DNA of 64,000 bases from Hydrolagus colliei (lineage: Eukaryota): positions 15,748,001 to 15,812,000 of the forward strand of contig CM068754.1 of the NCBI GenBank assembly GCA_035084275.1, read 5' to 3'. The notes beneath the pieces are model-generated. The model searched no databases. It was not told where the DNA came from and saw only the letters and a program-made list of their open reading frames with translations. A program made the position numbers and the translations under genes. Positions 13,701-26,900 of the stretch are shown here, in pieces (position 1 is the stretch's first letter; the number at the start of each line of letters is the position of its first letter).

Positions 13701-16700
13701 TCAGTTTGGTGGCCAAGAGAAAGAGATGGCTTCTTCACCCCAAACCTGCCTTGTGATAAATTGGTCGTTTTAATCCACGACTGTTTGTGGGACATGGAAA
13801 GTGCTAAATCAGATGCAAGGATTATTATTATTATTAGTGCTTACTGTAACCCAACCCAGCTTTCAGCATCACTTCCTCGCTTGCCCCCAGAGTGGGCCAG
13901 CAATTTCGCTTCTCTAGAGTTTCCGTGTAAGGGAGACGCAGAAATTAAAAAAAGAATCTGGCTGGCTGTGGAATCTGTGACACATTCTGACCCGCGACGC
14001 CTTTGGTTTCCTCCAGGACATGCTACTGCTTCTATATCACGAAGGTCCCACCACCAAAGGCATCTTCAGGCGCTCGGCCAATGCCAAGACCTGCAAGGAG
14101 CTGAAGGAGAAGCTGAATTCTGGAAATGAAGTGCACATGGAAATAGAATCTGTCTTTGTGGCGGCTGCTGTCATTACGGTATTATATTCTGTTCGACAGT
14201 CTTTGTACAGTAAAACCTCGAGTATCCGGTACCCAACCAAACGGCATACTCAACCAACCGGTATCTCCCAATACAATTCACCATTTCAGCAACTCAGGTC
14301 TCATACCGTAGCCGTCTGGGACACTCGCGAGTATGCTCACTTTGCGCATGCGTGCAATGCCTATGCAAATGCGCACTTATTAAACCCACCGAACACCGGA
14401 ATGATTTTTTAACGATTATTTTACCGAGTGTGCCGGAATGCTTTATTGGTAAGTATCCCTACAATATTCTGTTATTATTCAATCTATTATTAATATGGTA
14501 TGTTTTAAAATAAGTGCATTTTGGGGGTTGGATTTTCGGCAACTTGCCACTCCGGCGTGTTTGATTAATCGGCTCTGGGCAAGTCCCGAGGGTGCCTGAT
14601 AACAAAGGTTTTACTGTACATATGTTTTTGGTGGTGGGAGGAGGGTGGTCTGGAAATTTTTCGTGGGCCTGCAAATATTTTCTGACAGGAGGTTACTTTC
14701 CCTGCGCAGGATTTTCTCCGCAATATCCCCGGCAGCGTTCTGTCGTCGGAGCTGTACGACAGGTGGATGGAAGGAACAGGGAACGAGAACGAAGAGGAAA
14801 GGATACAAGCCTTGAAAAAGTGAGGAGAAAGCCTCTTTTGAGGATGTGATTGCGTGGCTGCCCGTGCATCGGTCCGACCGAGACTGACTGTATCGACGTG
14901 TGTGCGTGAGGTGGACAGTGGTGTTGACGGGTGTGTGATTCCGAGCAGAGAAACGCTGCGAGCTTAAGAGATCTCTCTGTTTCCCGGGTGTGCGCTGGAT
15001 GCCGGGAATAATAACGCGTTCCCGATGTTTTTGCAGACTCGTGGAGGAGCTTCCCGAAGCGAATCTTCTCCTCCTTCGTCACTTGTTCACCATTCTCCGC
15101 CGCATCGAGATGAGGTCGGAAGAAAACCAGATGACGGCTTTTAACCTGGCTCTTTGCATAGCCCCCAACATGTTGTGGCCGCCCGGGCCTGTGGGCCCCG
15201 AGGAAGAGAGTAAATCCACAAGAAAGGTAACGTACTTTCTCTTTCCCTGAATTCTACAGGGTGTCCGCAAAGTACTGTTACCGTGTTTCTTTTCAACAAC
15301 AACAACAACAAAATGACATTGGTAACAGTGCCTTTCATGTTGGCAGGACCTTCCCGAAGCGCTGGACAGTTTGTCTCGTAGTCAAGTCAGTAGTTTGACC
15401 AACAACGGAAACACTTGGAAGAACAATGATAGTTGTATTCAGCAGTATTTAATTGTATTCAGTACCTGTGTGTAACTGTGATTAGAAGTCCAGAGGATAG
15501 GGGTAATAGCTCTCAATCCCACACTCTCGGTAACACCTTCCAGCCCCTGTCGGCCCAATGCTCAGAGAATCCTTGACAGTCTCTTCGCAAAACATCAACA
15601 CGGGGAGAACTTTGGTGACTTTAACTCAGCGGAAAAGCTTGGCCTCCGAGTGTGTTTATGTGGGCAATTAGACTAACAATCATAAGTGTGTGTAATTGCC
15701 ACAGCTCGGGAGGATCCACATAGATCCATGTACATGATAATGCGGTTGTGATTCAGCTAACAGTACAGTTTGAGCCGTAGCTGTTCGGCGTAGTAAGTAG
15801 TGTGATCGTGTCCGCGCTATTGCTTCAAACAAAGTAATGATCTAAAATGTATTCTGCCGTGATAAGGCACTACATCAACTGCAAGGATTGTTATTAACAG
15901 AAACGTCCCCCCACCCCCACACAGAACTCCCTCCCCCACTCCCCCCCCCCCCCCCCCCCCCCCCGCCAGCCCATAGTCAGGCCGTTGTTAAGCGCTCTGA
16001 GGCGCTACCTGGTGCGGAGGGCGCTGTTTAAGTGCAAAGTTGTTGTTTGTTGTGGTTGTTTCTGAGTTTGGGATTTCTTGGCTTTTTTCAGGTGGCTTTG
16101 CTGGTGCAGTACCTGATAGAAAACTCTCCCAGGATCTTCGGCGATGAAGTTCTTTTACTCTTCGCGGGTTCCGCCGACGTTCAGCAGGAGAATCTGGAAG
16201 ATTCACTGGGTCAGTGCAATCTCCTCAGCGCTGCTACTTTGTTGTTTTAGCAAAAAAAAATCTTATTATCCATTTAACGCATCAAGCGTGCTTTTTAAAT
16301 GAGTCCAGTGTCCTGACCTTAACCACCCTTCCTGGCGACTTGTTCCAGGTGTTGATTACAGACACGGCGAAACCTTGGGCCAATTTCCTTGCTCCGCATG
16401 CCTGATAATAATACCCCCCAAAAATAATAAGAAGAAATTGGTCATTTCAATCCACAACTGTTTGTGGGGACACCGCTGTGTGCAATTGGCTGCCGCGTTT
16501 CAGCCACATATGTACAGTCAATTCACTTTACAGTATATTCTGTGAAGCGCTTTGAGACGTCTTGAAAACGTGAAAAACGCTATATCAAATGCAAGGATTA
16601 TTATTATATCCTCAAGGATTGATTTTGCTTTCCTGTTTACGTTCTTACAATCTAAAGATCTTGTCCTTGCCTGGTGTTCTCTGTCCGTGTGGTCCTAATC

Positions 16701-18443
16701 CTTCTCTCGGTTTCACTTGATGTTGCAGATGTTGATTTGCTGAAGCAGCACTATTCCTCCGATGACATGGATTCCCCGCTCTCCAATCAGGAGAGGAGAA
16801 GGGTCGACAAGGGGCAGGAGAGCGACGATCTCTTTAGCGGCTTGAACGACCCCTTGCTGGACCCCGACGAGGAGGCAAAGGATACGTGGAGTGGGCAGGG
16901 CTTCTTTGACGATGATTTGTGCAAAAACGTTCTTCTGGAGAACAACGACGGTACCGATCTTTCCGAGCAGCTGGAAAGCGAGTCTCTGTACTCCTCGGTC
17001 TCTTCTCTCGTCGGGATCCAGAGCATTGGATCCGCTCGAGATCGGTGCTCGTCAGAGCCCAGTGTGTGCCTGGCCCACCGTGTGGCCTTGTCTCACGAGC
17101 CCGTGGCCCGTCAGTTCAGCTGTGACGCTGCCGTGACTCACGGCCACATCGATTACTTGCAGCAGCTGAAGAGACTGCAGATCGAGAGCCAGAGGCTGCT
17201 GGACGATGGGAGAGGACCTGGCTCTAATAAGAACAGATATGTTTATTGGAGATCGCCGCAGATCAATCCCAGGCTGATACAGCCTAGTTCGTACAAAATG
17301 AACCTATCCACCAGATCAAGCCTCTCCAGCCTATCTTCTCCCACCACGTCGCCATCGGAGTCCTCACTCAGCTCGGTGGACAGCGCCTTTTCCTGCTCCG
17401 ACTCGTCCGTGTTTGGCCGGAGCGAGACCGTGTTCGGGAACTCCGGCAAAGGGCAGGTGTCCTCACCTTGTTCCCCCAATAAAATTCCCGTCAAGCTGCA
17501 CGGAGCTCCCTCCGCCTCGATGGCCCGTTGCCTCGAGGACGTTGATTGGTACGACGAAGAGGCGGAGAAGGACGCGGACTTGGAGGCGGAGCAGGCTCGG
17601 GAACCGCGGAGCCCAGCGTCTTGCCCGGAAGGTCAAGGGCTCGACATGGACGTCAAAGGCCAAGGGGAGGACGGGAAAAGTTACACCAGCGTGGCTTACA
17701 TCAGAAAGGGCCAAACAGGGACTTTGTTTGCCCAGAACGACAGGGAGGAAGCGGACAGAGGGAGCTGCGGGGAGGCGGAGAACGAGACGTCTCGTCCCAA
17801 AGCGTCCCAGACCTTCCCGGCCTCACCCGACACACAGCAGACACCCTGCAGCGAGAACATGAAGCGCACAAAGATAACCTTGTACATGGCGCCAGGGAAG
17901 GCGCTACCCCTTCAGCGCGGGGGAGATCCGGGCGGGCAGGAGCTGGGCAGCGGCGGGGACTGTGAGGCCTCAACGGCCCAGGAGAAAGACGGAGTAGGTC
18001 GACTGGTGCAGACACTGAAAGTCCACATCCCGCAGACTGTCTTTTACGGCCAGAACGCGCCGTTGGTCCTCCAGTCCGCTGCACGCAGATTACACATCAC
18101 GCCCGGCGACGCTTTGCTCAAAGGCTCGTCCGCGGATTCCGCGTCCCGGGGCAGCGAACAGTCGCCGGACTGTTCCGTCCAGTCCGCCTGCCCCCACGGT
18201 TATTACCGGGACAAAAGCGCGAACAGCAAACGGCACAGAATCCGCATCATCTTACCTCCGCCCGTCCAAAACACGGTCCATCAATACTTCCTTCACAGCG
18301 AGGCCCAGAACTGCGTGAGGGAGGCCGCAGCGGTGGAGAGCGAGTTAATAAGGAGCAGGCAAGAGTGGCGCCACCGCCGCTGCACTGACCCCCAATTAGA
18401 AGACTTTGAACAATTAATTTTCACAGAGGAATCGTACGTCTGA
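1748..18443 (+). CDS. ARHGAP20: Rho GTPase-activating protein 20-like (PH + RA + RhoGAP; ARHGAP20/TAGAP family; probably a paralog rather than the 1:1 ortholog), 14 coding exons
   Basis: Exons with GT-AG ends and consistent phases: 1748-1830 (acceptor at 1744, so an upstream exon probably exists), 5825-5995, 7557-7706, 7879-7920, 8317-8401, 8886-8963, 9330-9396, 12024-12212, 13490-13668, 14017-14178, 14710-14819, 15037-15226, 16092-16209, 16729-18443. Total 3339 nt = 1112 aa + stop. Motifs match ARHGAP20: MKPAIQRRRSAP, QERHLFLFSDLLVIAK (PH), SFVIGWPTTNCVVTF, DYQLWVISGKEDAPYPLIGHEYPF (RA), KLFGLSL, GPTTKGIFRRSA (arginine finger), DFLRNIPGS, NQMTAFNLALCIAPNMLW. Ends in EESYV. Confidence 0.9.
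2788..3184. mobile_element. Tigger/pogo-like MITE (Tc1-mariner superfamily)
   Basis: TA|CAGGTAGAACCCGTTTAAC ... GTTAAGTGGGGTCTACCTG|TA: imperfect terminal inverted repeats with TA on both sides, ~400 bp, no transposase. Confidence 0.7.
7027..7340 (-). mobile_element. Full-length tRNA-derived SINE with LINE2-type tail
   Basis: Head gtagctcagtggttagagc...gggtttgattcc (A/B boxes), conserved body tgtgggacactgctgtgcgc, tail gtgaaaagctctatatcaaatgcaaggatta. Confidence 0.85.
11183..11503 (+). mobile_element. Full-length tRNA-derived SINE
   Basis: Same head, body and (TTA)n tail as the other copies; boundaries approximate. Confidence 0.85.
14208..14616. mobile_element. Tigger/pogo-like MITE in a RhoGAP-domain intron
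   Basis: Left end TA|CAGTAAAACCTCGAGTATCCGGTACCC; reverse complement of right end CAGTAAAACCTTTGTTATCAGGCACCC, followed by TA. Confidence 0.75.
16368..16606 (+). mobile_element. 5'-truncated SINE
   Basis: Starts at gcgaaaccttgggc; body and (TTA)n tail present. Confidence 0.8.
16729..18443 (+). CDS. ARHGAP20: Large terminal coding exon of the ARHGAP20-like gene (Ser-rich, probably disordered tail ending in ESYV)
   Basis: Corresponds to the 589-aa ORF 16674-18443. The real exon starts after the pyrimidine tract and ttgcag at 16728, in phase 1 with the preceding exon. GC-rich coding composition. Confidence 0.9.
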
Positions 18444-18616
18444 GAAGTGTAAAATCCCGCACATCCTTCAATGTGTTTTTAATTAAGTTATGTGCATTGC
18501 GAATTTCAGCCACACACTTTTAAAACCAGGTGTTGTGGTGTTATGGCTCACTACTGCTACTGCCCCAGCGGGAATGGTCACATGTAGGTTGTCAATGAGC
18601 ACGAGGACTCGTAATA

Positions 18617-19057
18617 CAGTAAAACCCGCCTGAGTCTTGCCTTTTTCAAATCGTATAGTGGACAAAGTCGTACGTGCTCTTAGGTCCGCCCTGAGTCCTA
18701 TCAACACCACTTAGATTTCATTGCACGTTTCACATTGACCCACGAATACACAGCCAATTCGTTTTACAGTATATTCTGTGAAGCGCTTTGAGATGTCTGG
18801 AAGATGTGAAAAAACGCTATATCAAACGCAAGGATTTTTATTAGTAGTAATAATCATCCTCTAACTTCTAACACCGCTGCCCTTATTTTCCATTACCCCT
18901 GCACTACCGCCTGCTCACATACCAGCTATGCTGAATTACGCAGTTAGTTTATTGATTAAATCGGATTTTACACGATTTATACAGTTTACCTGTAACTCGG
19001 GACTTCAAGTAAGTCATGTTATTTGTCGCGTTCCCGACTGATACATGAGTTTTACTG
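18617..19057. mobile_element. Degenerate Tigger-like MITE with a nested SINE tail, just downstream of the ARHGAP20-like stop codon
   Basis: TA|CAGTAAAAC ... GTTTTACTG|TA termini; a SINE 3' tail lies at ~18740-18840 inside it. Confidence 0.5.
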
Positions 19058-22000
19058 TATTACCACAGGGCTTCCCACTCCAAACCTTCCTGACCTCAGC
19101 ATGTGTTTCACATTGATCCTTATCCTACACATTCACACCCACCACAGATCATCATCTATGGCCAGGTGGCGTGGGGTGGGAATGCGGAGTGTGATATCAT
19201 CACTGGTGATCATGTCACACTCTGTAGTGACGCGCTCCCTCTTCTCCACATCTGCCCCCCCACCACACCCCCCCCAGCCCTCCGTCTTGCAATCTGCCTT
19301 AAACCTATCTGTTTGATTCAAACGCCTGCCGTTGAGCCAATATGTTATTCCTTGAGCTGTTCATTTCTTTCTCATTTCTCTGCGGCTCGGCTGCCTCTGC
19401 TTCTCCAGAGGTTAACCCCCCCCCCCCACCACCCCACCCACCCCTTCACATTGTGACCTGTCGCTTTGGTACATTCCGTATTTTTGTGTAGAATGTTTGG
19501 ATTTTGATATAAATGTATACCAAGGTACACGGTTTTTGGTCCTAGAAGATGTCTATACTTTTTTTTAAAAAGAAAAATTCTAAATATCGTTTCGTTCTGA
19601 CATTGCATGAGCAACAGAGGCCCTTCCATTGAGCGATACTGATTCAACCTGTAAACTGTTTGCCAGTTGATTTTAATGCCAACTAATAATTACTTTGATC
19701 ATACTGTATTACTCAATGCGAAGAATTCTGTAGGGCACCCACCCGCATATCTATTGATCACACCCGGCAGACACTAAAATTATTTGCGTGTTTTTTTTGT
19801 TGAAAAAGGAATAGGTCAAAGCTTTAAAGTGATGATTTAATGCAAGGTGCCATTACAGTGTAATGCTGGATAATAGTAACACGTCCGAACTGTGTTTCGT
19901 TATTTTTTTTCTTCTTGTAATTCAGATGTAATCGTTTGTACAGAGGACTTGGTGTCTGCATAAGCATTGTGAGCTTGTGTGCTAGCTAGAGAATTGTAGG
20001 GGGGACGGGACGATAACTGATTCACCCACAGAGAATCTCTCTGCTTGGTATCACCGTCAAGTCTTCGCACTTGCAGGGCGGGCGTGCGAAGGAAACGCAA
20101 ACCGTCCAAACGTTGGGCACACGGTTGAAGCACGAGAGCCAATAATTTATACGGGATTATTCCTCCAGCTGTTTCCAGGAGTTGAAATCTGAAAAGAGCC
20201 AAAGCCAAAATAGAACTGTCAGTGCTAAACGAGGAGCAGGAAAACTCTTTTTTTTTATCATTGATTGACTGACAACAGCAACCCAAGGCAGGATCCATAT
20301 TAGCTTTCAGTAGGGAACGAGTTAGATATCGGAAAGGAGTAATTGGCATGAGGAAAGGCGGATAAGTGGGACTGACTGGATTTATTTTCCAAAGAATCAG
20401 CAGGGACAATGATGGGCTGACTGGCCATTCTTCTGAGTTGTAAATTTCTGTGACTTTATAACTGACTTTGTTATCGTTCGACCCACAATATGTAGTTGCA
20501 TCTCCGACAATATTTTTTTAAATATATCAATAGCACTCATTCACTGAAACGCTCTGCGAAAAAAACAAAAACAATATGCTTGAAACTCACGTACTTTTGT
20601 TACAAATTGCGGACGTGAGCCCCACATTCCCCGCACAATAAGATTAGAGAAAACAAGGTCACCAAATAGGCGCTGAGATTTTGGGCTGACTGTTTTAACT
20701 GGTGCCTGTTTTTATTGAGTTTGCAGTTGTACATCAGGTACTGTTTGAGGTTTAGTAGAAGAGACAGAGAAAGAGAGCATGGGGCTGGTACTGTGAGAGA
20801 CGACAGAGAGAGAAAGACTTTCCACTGTGTGTGTGTGTGTGTGTGTGCGTTGGGGGGGGGTTGGAATGACACTCTGTATGAGGGGAGTTTGAAAGAGGGG
20901 AACTAGTATTTTGGGGTTCGATAGTCCCATCCTATCTCCTAAAGGAAGACATTTCTAGTACATTCTATTTGGTTTAATGACCTGATATTTAATGCACTGT
21001 TTTTCCTTTCTATATGGGGCTGGTCCCAAGCAATGTAGTGATGGAGCTCTCTACTGTATAGCTGTCCCATTGCATTGTGTCAAACCCAAATAAAATTTGC
21101 AAGGGCCTTTTAGATGCCCTTCTAAATTGGAGTGAATTTTCTGGATTGAAATGTTTCATTTCTGTGCGAGTCCCAGATCAGCCGATGACTCCTGATATCA
21201 CTTCACGTAGGAGAATCAATCTCAACTCTTTATTTAAGAACGAAGCTCATCTGAAGCGAGCAACTTCCGCAAGAATTCTTTGGTTGCCGATTCAACACAT
21301 TATATTATGGGGGTGGTGGTGGGGGGGGGGCTAAGGAAAGTCTCAAGTCCCCAGTATCTGGGAACAGCACTGCGAGCTTGTGGTAGGAACTTACATTCGG
21401 AAGAAAAATTACATAAATTGTGGATTTTAAGCGCTAAACCACATTGTGCGCCCCGCTCGTTATCTGGTCATACGGTTAGTGAGAGTATATTCTGGTTTGT
21501 CGACTCCTGCTGAACCGCCAGTGGATGTGGGCCTGTCTCGTGCTGTAAGGAGCTATCACCTCCTCTTGTTTATGTACACAGAGCCACTCGTTGTTGGGCG
21601 GCTGTGGAACATCTTGCGTCCTTTTCTGTGCAACTGCGTGTGGTTGGTTACCAAGGAGGGCTTATACAATAAAAGATAGTCACGTTAAAACGTTCCCGCT
21701 CGTCTCATTTGATGCAGCAACATTCTTTCACACCACGGTGACTGTCCTGTTTCCCATCAGCGAGGCTGTTAACTGGAAGGACTGCGATGGTGCTGGTATG
21801 TTAAACATGTATCCCAGCGAGCGAGCGCACACGGCATTCAACAGGACGTACCTTGGGTTCAAACTTTTTCCATAGATGGTACAACTGCTGAAAAAAAAGG
21901 ATCGCAGCTGGAAAGGAGTTCCACTCAACGGACTTCGTTCTATCCTTGAGAGTTCCAACAAGCGGAAATAAGAGTCCATTTCTTAAGCCCAAAGATTCCT

Positions 22001-22280
22001 GAGGGTGGAGGACTTAACCGATGGCTGTGGGTTTAAGGGAATTTTCTCATTTATTGACCGAATCCCAACAAGCTGGGATTTAATGTTCCCGATGTGCGGA
22101 AAGTAACCTTCTCGATGGTACCAGCTAAATAACCTTCTTCCCACATGTTGTCAGGGTGCAGCAGAGTGGGGCGTGCAGCTTATTGTGTGAAGGGTTTTAG
22201 GGCATTATAAAGGGCTGTATCTAATGCAAGTACTTTTACACATTAAAGAGAAGAGTTGATCCTTTGTCACTTGCAAAACA

Positions 22281-22577
22281 GTCCTTGCGTTTGATATCGC
22301 ACTTTTCACATCTTCTAGAAGTCTCGAAGCGCTTCATAGAACATACTGTAAAGTGAATTGACTGTATATGTGGGCAAAATACAGCAGCCGATTGTGTACA
22401 GCAGCATCTCACAAACAGTCTTGGACTGAAATGATCAATTTATTATTGGGAGGTTTTCAGGCTTTTTGTCAGGTATGTGGAGTAAGGAAACTTGCCCAAG
22501 ATTTCACCCTGCCTGGTATCGAACCCAGGTCACTCATTTGTAAGGCGAGCGCTCTAACCACTAGCTACAGGACTCCA
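22281..22577 (-). mobile_element. Full-length tRNA-derived SINE
   Basis: Reverse complement of the same consensus, head ggagtcctgtagctagtggttagagc. Confidence 0.85.
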
Positions 22578-22954
22578 CAAACTTCACAGTTGTATTAATG
22601 TGACATTTCTGATTTGCACATTGACCCAAGTAAAATGAATAACTAATAATCCTTGCATTTGATATAGCGCCTTATCATCACATCTTCGAAGCGTCTCAAA
22701 GCGCTTCCCAGGATACACGCAAAATGAATTGCCTGTAGCAACTAGGCAGCAAATGATTTCCCCCAAAGCTTAGTAACTTGGTGAAGAGAATGCTGCGAGG
22801 AACTTTGCGACGTCCTCCTGATGTGACGGGCGCCAGCCAAGTCCAAAGTCACGATGAACGTCGTCAGGAAATGTTTTCCAATGAATTATTAATCACAAAC
22901 CATAATAGACGAAGCAGTTAATTGCCATTTCACATATTTAATGAGAAAGAGAAA

Positions 22955-22985
<31 letters not shown>

Positions 22986-23519
22986 TTTAATCTTCCACTT
23001 TTGTTTATCTACCAAAATGAGAGGTTGTAAAAGCATTCGCAGTGAACGCACAGGGTCATTCGCACAGACACGGAGAGAGAATGGTGACTGGTATTGTTTC
23101 ATACTCCCACCTGCTGGCTGACTAGATAATGCACCACTGGTTTGCAGCACTGAAGATCCCCACTACAATCACAACAGCTCATGTTGCATGTGGTTCTGAA
23201 CAGTACAGTACCCTGCTTACCAACTAAAGACGATCCATGTCAACGCTCACATAGTTATGCAGCTTGATCTGAACTGATGTCAAACTAGCGAGGCGAGAGG
23301 CTTAAAGAGAGGGAACAACAGCACACATGCTTTTTCGTTAACTCTTATGTGCGGCCGAACTGCAGAACCAATGTCAAATCATCACAGAGACAAGTTAACG
23401 AGCACCAACATCTGCATAGTGAATAACATCTAATGCCTTTGTTTCATCGAGACATCAGCAATCAGGGTCACTGACTAAACCAGCTCCGCACATTGTATAA
23501 CAAACAATGATTTTGTCAC

Positions 23520-23622
23520 AAATACAGAAGTTGCTGGGGCAACTCAGCAGGTCAGGCAGCATCCATGGAGAAAGGAAAAAGAGTCAACGTTTCGGGTCTA
23601 CAACCCTTCGTCAGAACTGACG
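23520..23622. mobile_element. Penelope-like element terminal fragment downstream of the ferredoxin stop codon
   Basis: tgctggggcaactcagcaggtcaggcagcatccatggag...aacgtttcgggtc, recognised from memory as a common chondrichthyan repeat. Confidence 0.5.
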
Positions 23623-23922
23623 ATTTTGTCACTACTAACCAAATATGAAGGCGGTGGGTTGGTGGTGAGTCTGGGAGCCAGTACAAGGGAGGGCTCTACT
23701 CTGTGTTGTAATAAGATATTCCAGCTAATACACTTCAGTGTAGTCGATCACTTGCACCGACTGCCTGACGTCACTGCCGTCTCTGTTGGCAGCGGCAGAA
23801 ATGGGATCCAGCTCAGATCTGGCTACTTGAGTGCATTACAGTGTCGCTGACTTCGAGATTCTACAGAGGTGGGTAAACGGGCAAAGCTGAGGGGTATGTC
23901 TTCACAGGTGGTTGGCGAGGCC

Positions 23923-26900
23923 TCACTGCTTGTTTGCACCGACTGATTTCCTGATGTCAGCCATATCCTTTGGCACCTTCATGACCATCCCCTCCATAGA
24001 CCTATTCAAGCAGATCTGGCAACCCAGGCGTGACCTGGAAAAAGGACGCATTGGTACTGTGAGGTGTGGGGCGGGTGGGTGGGGGGGTGAGGGGTGTTGT
24101 TAGACGAGTATTAGACAATTATTATAATAAAAACAATAATAATCCTTGCCATTTGATATTGTGCCTTATCATGTCGTTGAGAGGTCTCCAAGCGCTTCCC
24201 AGAATATACTCTAAAGTTGTTTCGAAAGTCACTGACCATTTATTGCCCACCAGATTAAATCGCCCCATTCTGTAAGTACGGCAACTGATCCCGGCAGACC
24301 GCATTCCCGGAAGTTTCTATCTTAAACGGAGGCTTGGTCCTCCTTGCGTTCTAGTTTACAGATTGTTCCTGTGGATTCGTGTCCCTGGGAGATTCCGCCT
24401 TTGTCATTTTTAATAATAATTATTATTGTAATAATTAACAATTGAGATAAAAATTGAAATGTATTCAAATAAAAATGAAGGATTGGACCCATTGAATTTG
24501 CTCTTCCATTGAACTATTGATCCCAAGCACGATTCCCTGCTCGGCCCCCTTCAAAGATAAATTGGTCGCTTCAATCCACGACTGTTTGTGAGACACTGCT
24601 GTGCCCAATTGGCTGCTTGCGCATTTCGCCCACAAAATGTAACAGTATATCCTGTGAAGTGCTTTGAAAACGTCTTGAAGACGTGGATAAACTGCTATAT
24701 CAAGCACGAGGATTATTATTTTTAATAATATTACAGTATTAGCAAAGTAATACGTGTCTCACCCACATGCAAGATGTCTTGAAAAGCAATTAAAAAGTGC
24801 AACAAGAAACAAACGCATGTAAACCTTCTGTAAAATGTGTTACACATTTTATCACTCCCTACCGCCCACCCTCCTTCTTTCCCGGCTGCCTGTATTTTGC
24901 TCTGGCTGCCAACATTCCCCCTTTGAAATAACACTACACAGATAATTTCAAGGTCTCCCGCAGTATTTCAATTTTAGCTGTGTTTAAGAGATAAGGATGA
25001 ACCTTGGTTACGAAATAGCTGCAGATATTTAATCCAAATTCCAATGGCTTCTGACTCCACTGCAATGATATGGTCCGTGCTCTTTAATCTCTTGTTCCCA
25101 AGCAATTTGACTCTTAATTGGGGTTGATTTGCTCTTAGTTGGGTTAAGTTCGCTGTTATCTCGGTTATTGAAAGAGGAATTGCAAGGGTTATTTATTAAT
25201 AATAATAAAACTAATCCTTGCATTTGATACAGCGCTTTATCATGTCTTCAAGGCGCCTCCAAGGGCTTCACAGAATGTACCATAAAGTGAATTGACTGTA
25301 TATTTTGCGGGTGAAAATTGATCTTGGTGAAATGGACGATGGAACGATGTTAGATGTTACAACAGCAACAAATTACACTTATAAAGAGTATATTTCACGT
25401 CGGGAGGACGTCCCAAGGCGTTACAGTGGGTTTTCATGCCACTAAGCCACCATTTTAACTCCGAAAAATACCCTGGTCACTTTCGTGCAATCACATTTTT
25501 CTAACGGGGGAATAAACTATGAATTTAATCCACACACCTGCTCTCCCTGCCTCCTCCCCATCCCTCTCCCCCAAACAGAAATTCCTGACATTTTCAGGAT
25601 TTTCAATTGGAGAAGTAGCGGCTATTTCACGAAGCCAATTGGGGTTTTAATGTGGGGAAACAGGAAAACAAAAATCACTAACAAAGCTGTGATCATTTTA
25701 GCTCAAGCACAAAAAGCTCTATGATTCCCTCAGAGATCACATCTGGTCTGGGAGTGGTTTCAGAATCGTAGGCGATTAACTCTGGCAATAGGTACGTGAA
25801 ACACGCCGGGGGCGTTTAAATGAATGTTGCAGATCAAAGGAGTGGCACTGGGAGTTTGCACACAACCTACATATGGTTCAGGAAACGGGCCTTTCATGAC
25901 AAAAACATTGCTTACGTATCACTCAACCCATAGGCCAAATCCAGCATATCCAACTCCTCATCCATAATCTTGTCCAGATTTTCAAAGGTCTCCTTGTCAA
26001 AGATTAGATGGCAGGTCGAGCAGGATAGAGTTCCTTCACAGACACCTGTGGCAGAAAGACAACTCATAACTCATTCATAAGTGCAGTTGACAGTCGTATA
26101 AAATTTGAATCGAGTAATAATGAATTGCCCAGATCAGATAGCATATAAATACACGCTTTGAGATATCTCAATGACGTGATGAGGTTCCAATAATAATGAT
26201 GATAAGATTATTATAATAATAATCATACAAAGGCAGGAATTATTAGGATAAATAATTATTACTGTTATTATATAGCACCTTTTCCATCATGGGGGAGGGT
26301 GGGGTGCCTTCTCAAAGTGCTTCACGCTGCCAATAATTTTTTTAAATAGTTTTTATTGAAAGCAGTAACAACATAAAACTTCAACAATCAAGAAGCCAGA
26401 ACATCAATCAATAACCTCCAGTGCAGTGTCTACAAAGCACGAGTACTCGGACAACTTGCCATGTGTGTTTGTTTTAATGAAACACTTTGATCTCTACAAC
26501 AATGTGTGGTTAATGAGCCATCGCTGTAGAATACTGCGCTGTGTCCGTTATGCTTTAAAGTGGCTCGGCAGTTTATCTGGAGCTTAAGTGACTAATTCAA
26601 TCTTGCAGACATTCTCGGTTTGCTGGTTTGGTTTAAAACATCCTCTAAAAAGAAAACGCTACGTTCACGCGTGCCAAACTACAGACGCGTGCGTTCAAAC
26701 ACACTCACCGAACCCATCGATAGCCAAGTTGTTCTTCATCACGACGTCCAGCAGGCTTTCACCCTCCTTGCCCACTCCTGTAAGAGTTTCCCCATCCTGG
26801 TTGACGAAGTAAACTACCACTTTATCACCGAGTTGGCTGCCGTGTGGAAACGGGAAAGCAAACATTAAAAAAAAACAAAGAAGAATAACAACTGGAGGTT

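Noticed and set aside
15941-15964. Long poly-C/poly-G runs (also ~41855, 47710, 53884, 54780, 61067) as functional G4 elements
   Set aside because: Simple homopolymers scattered through introns, with unreliable lengths and no positional pattern.
16787-18084. Several overlapping and antisense ORFs inside the big RhoGAP exon
   Set aside because: Expected by-product of GC-rich coding sequence with few stops; no recognisable domains.
19900-20409. 169-aa minus-strand ORF
   Set aside because: Non-ATG start, overlaps a decayed CR1-like 3' end, and has no recognisable motif.
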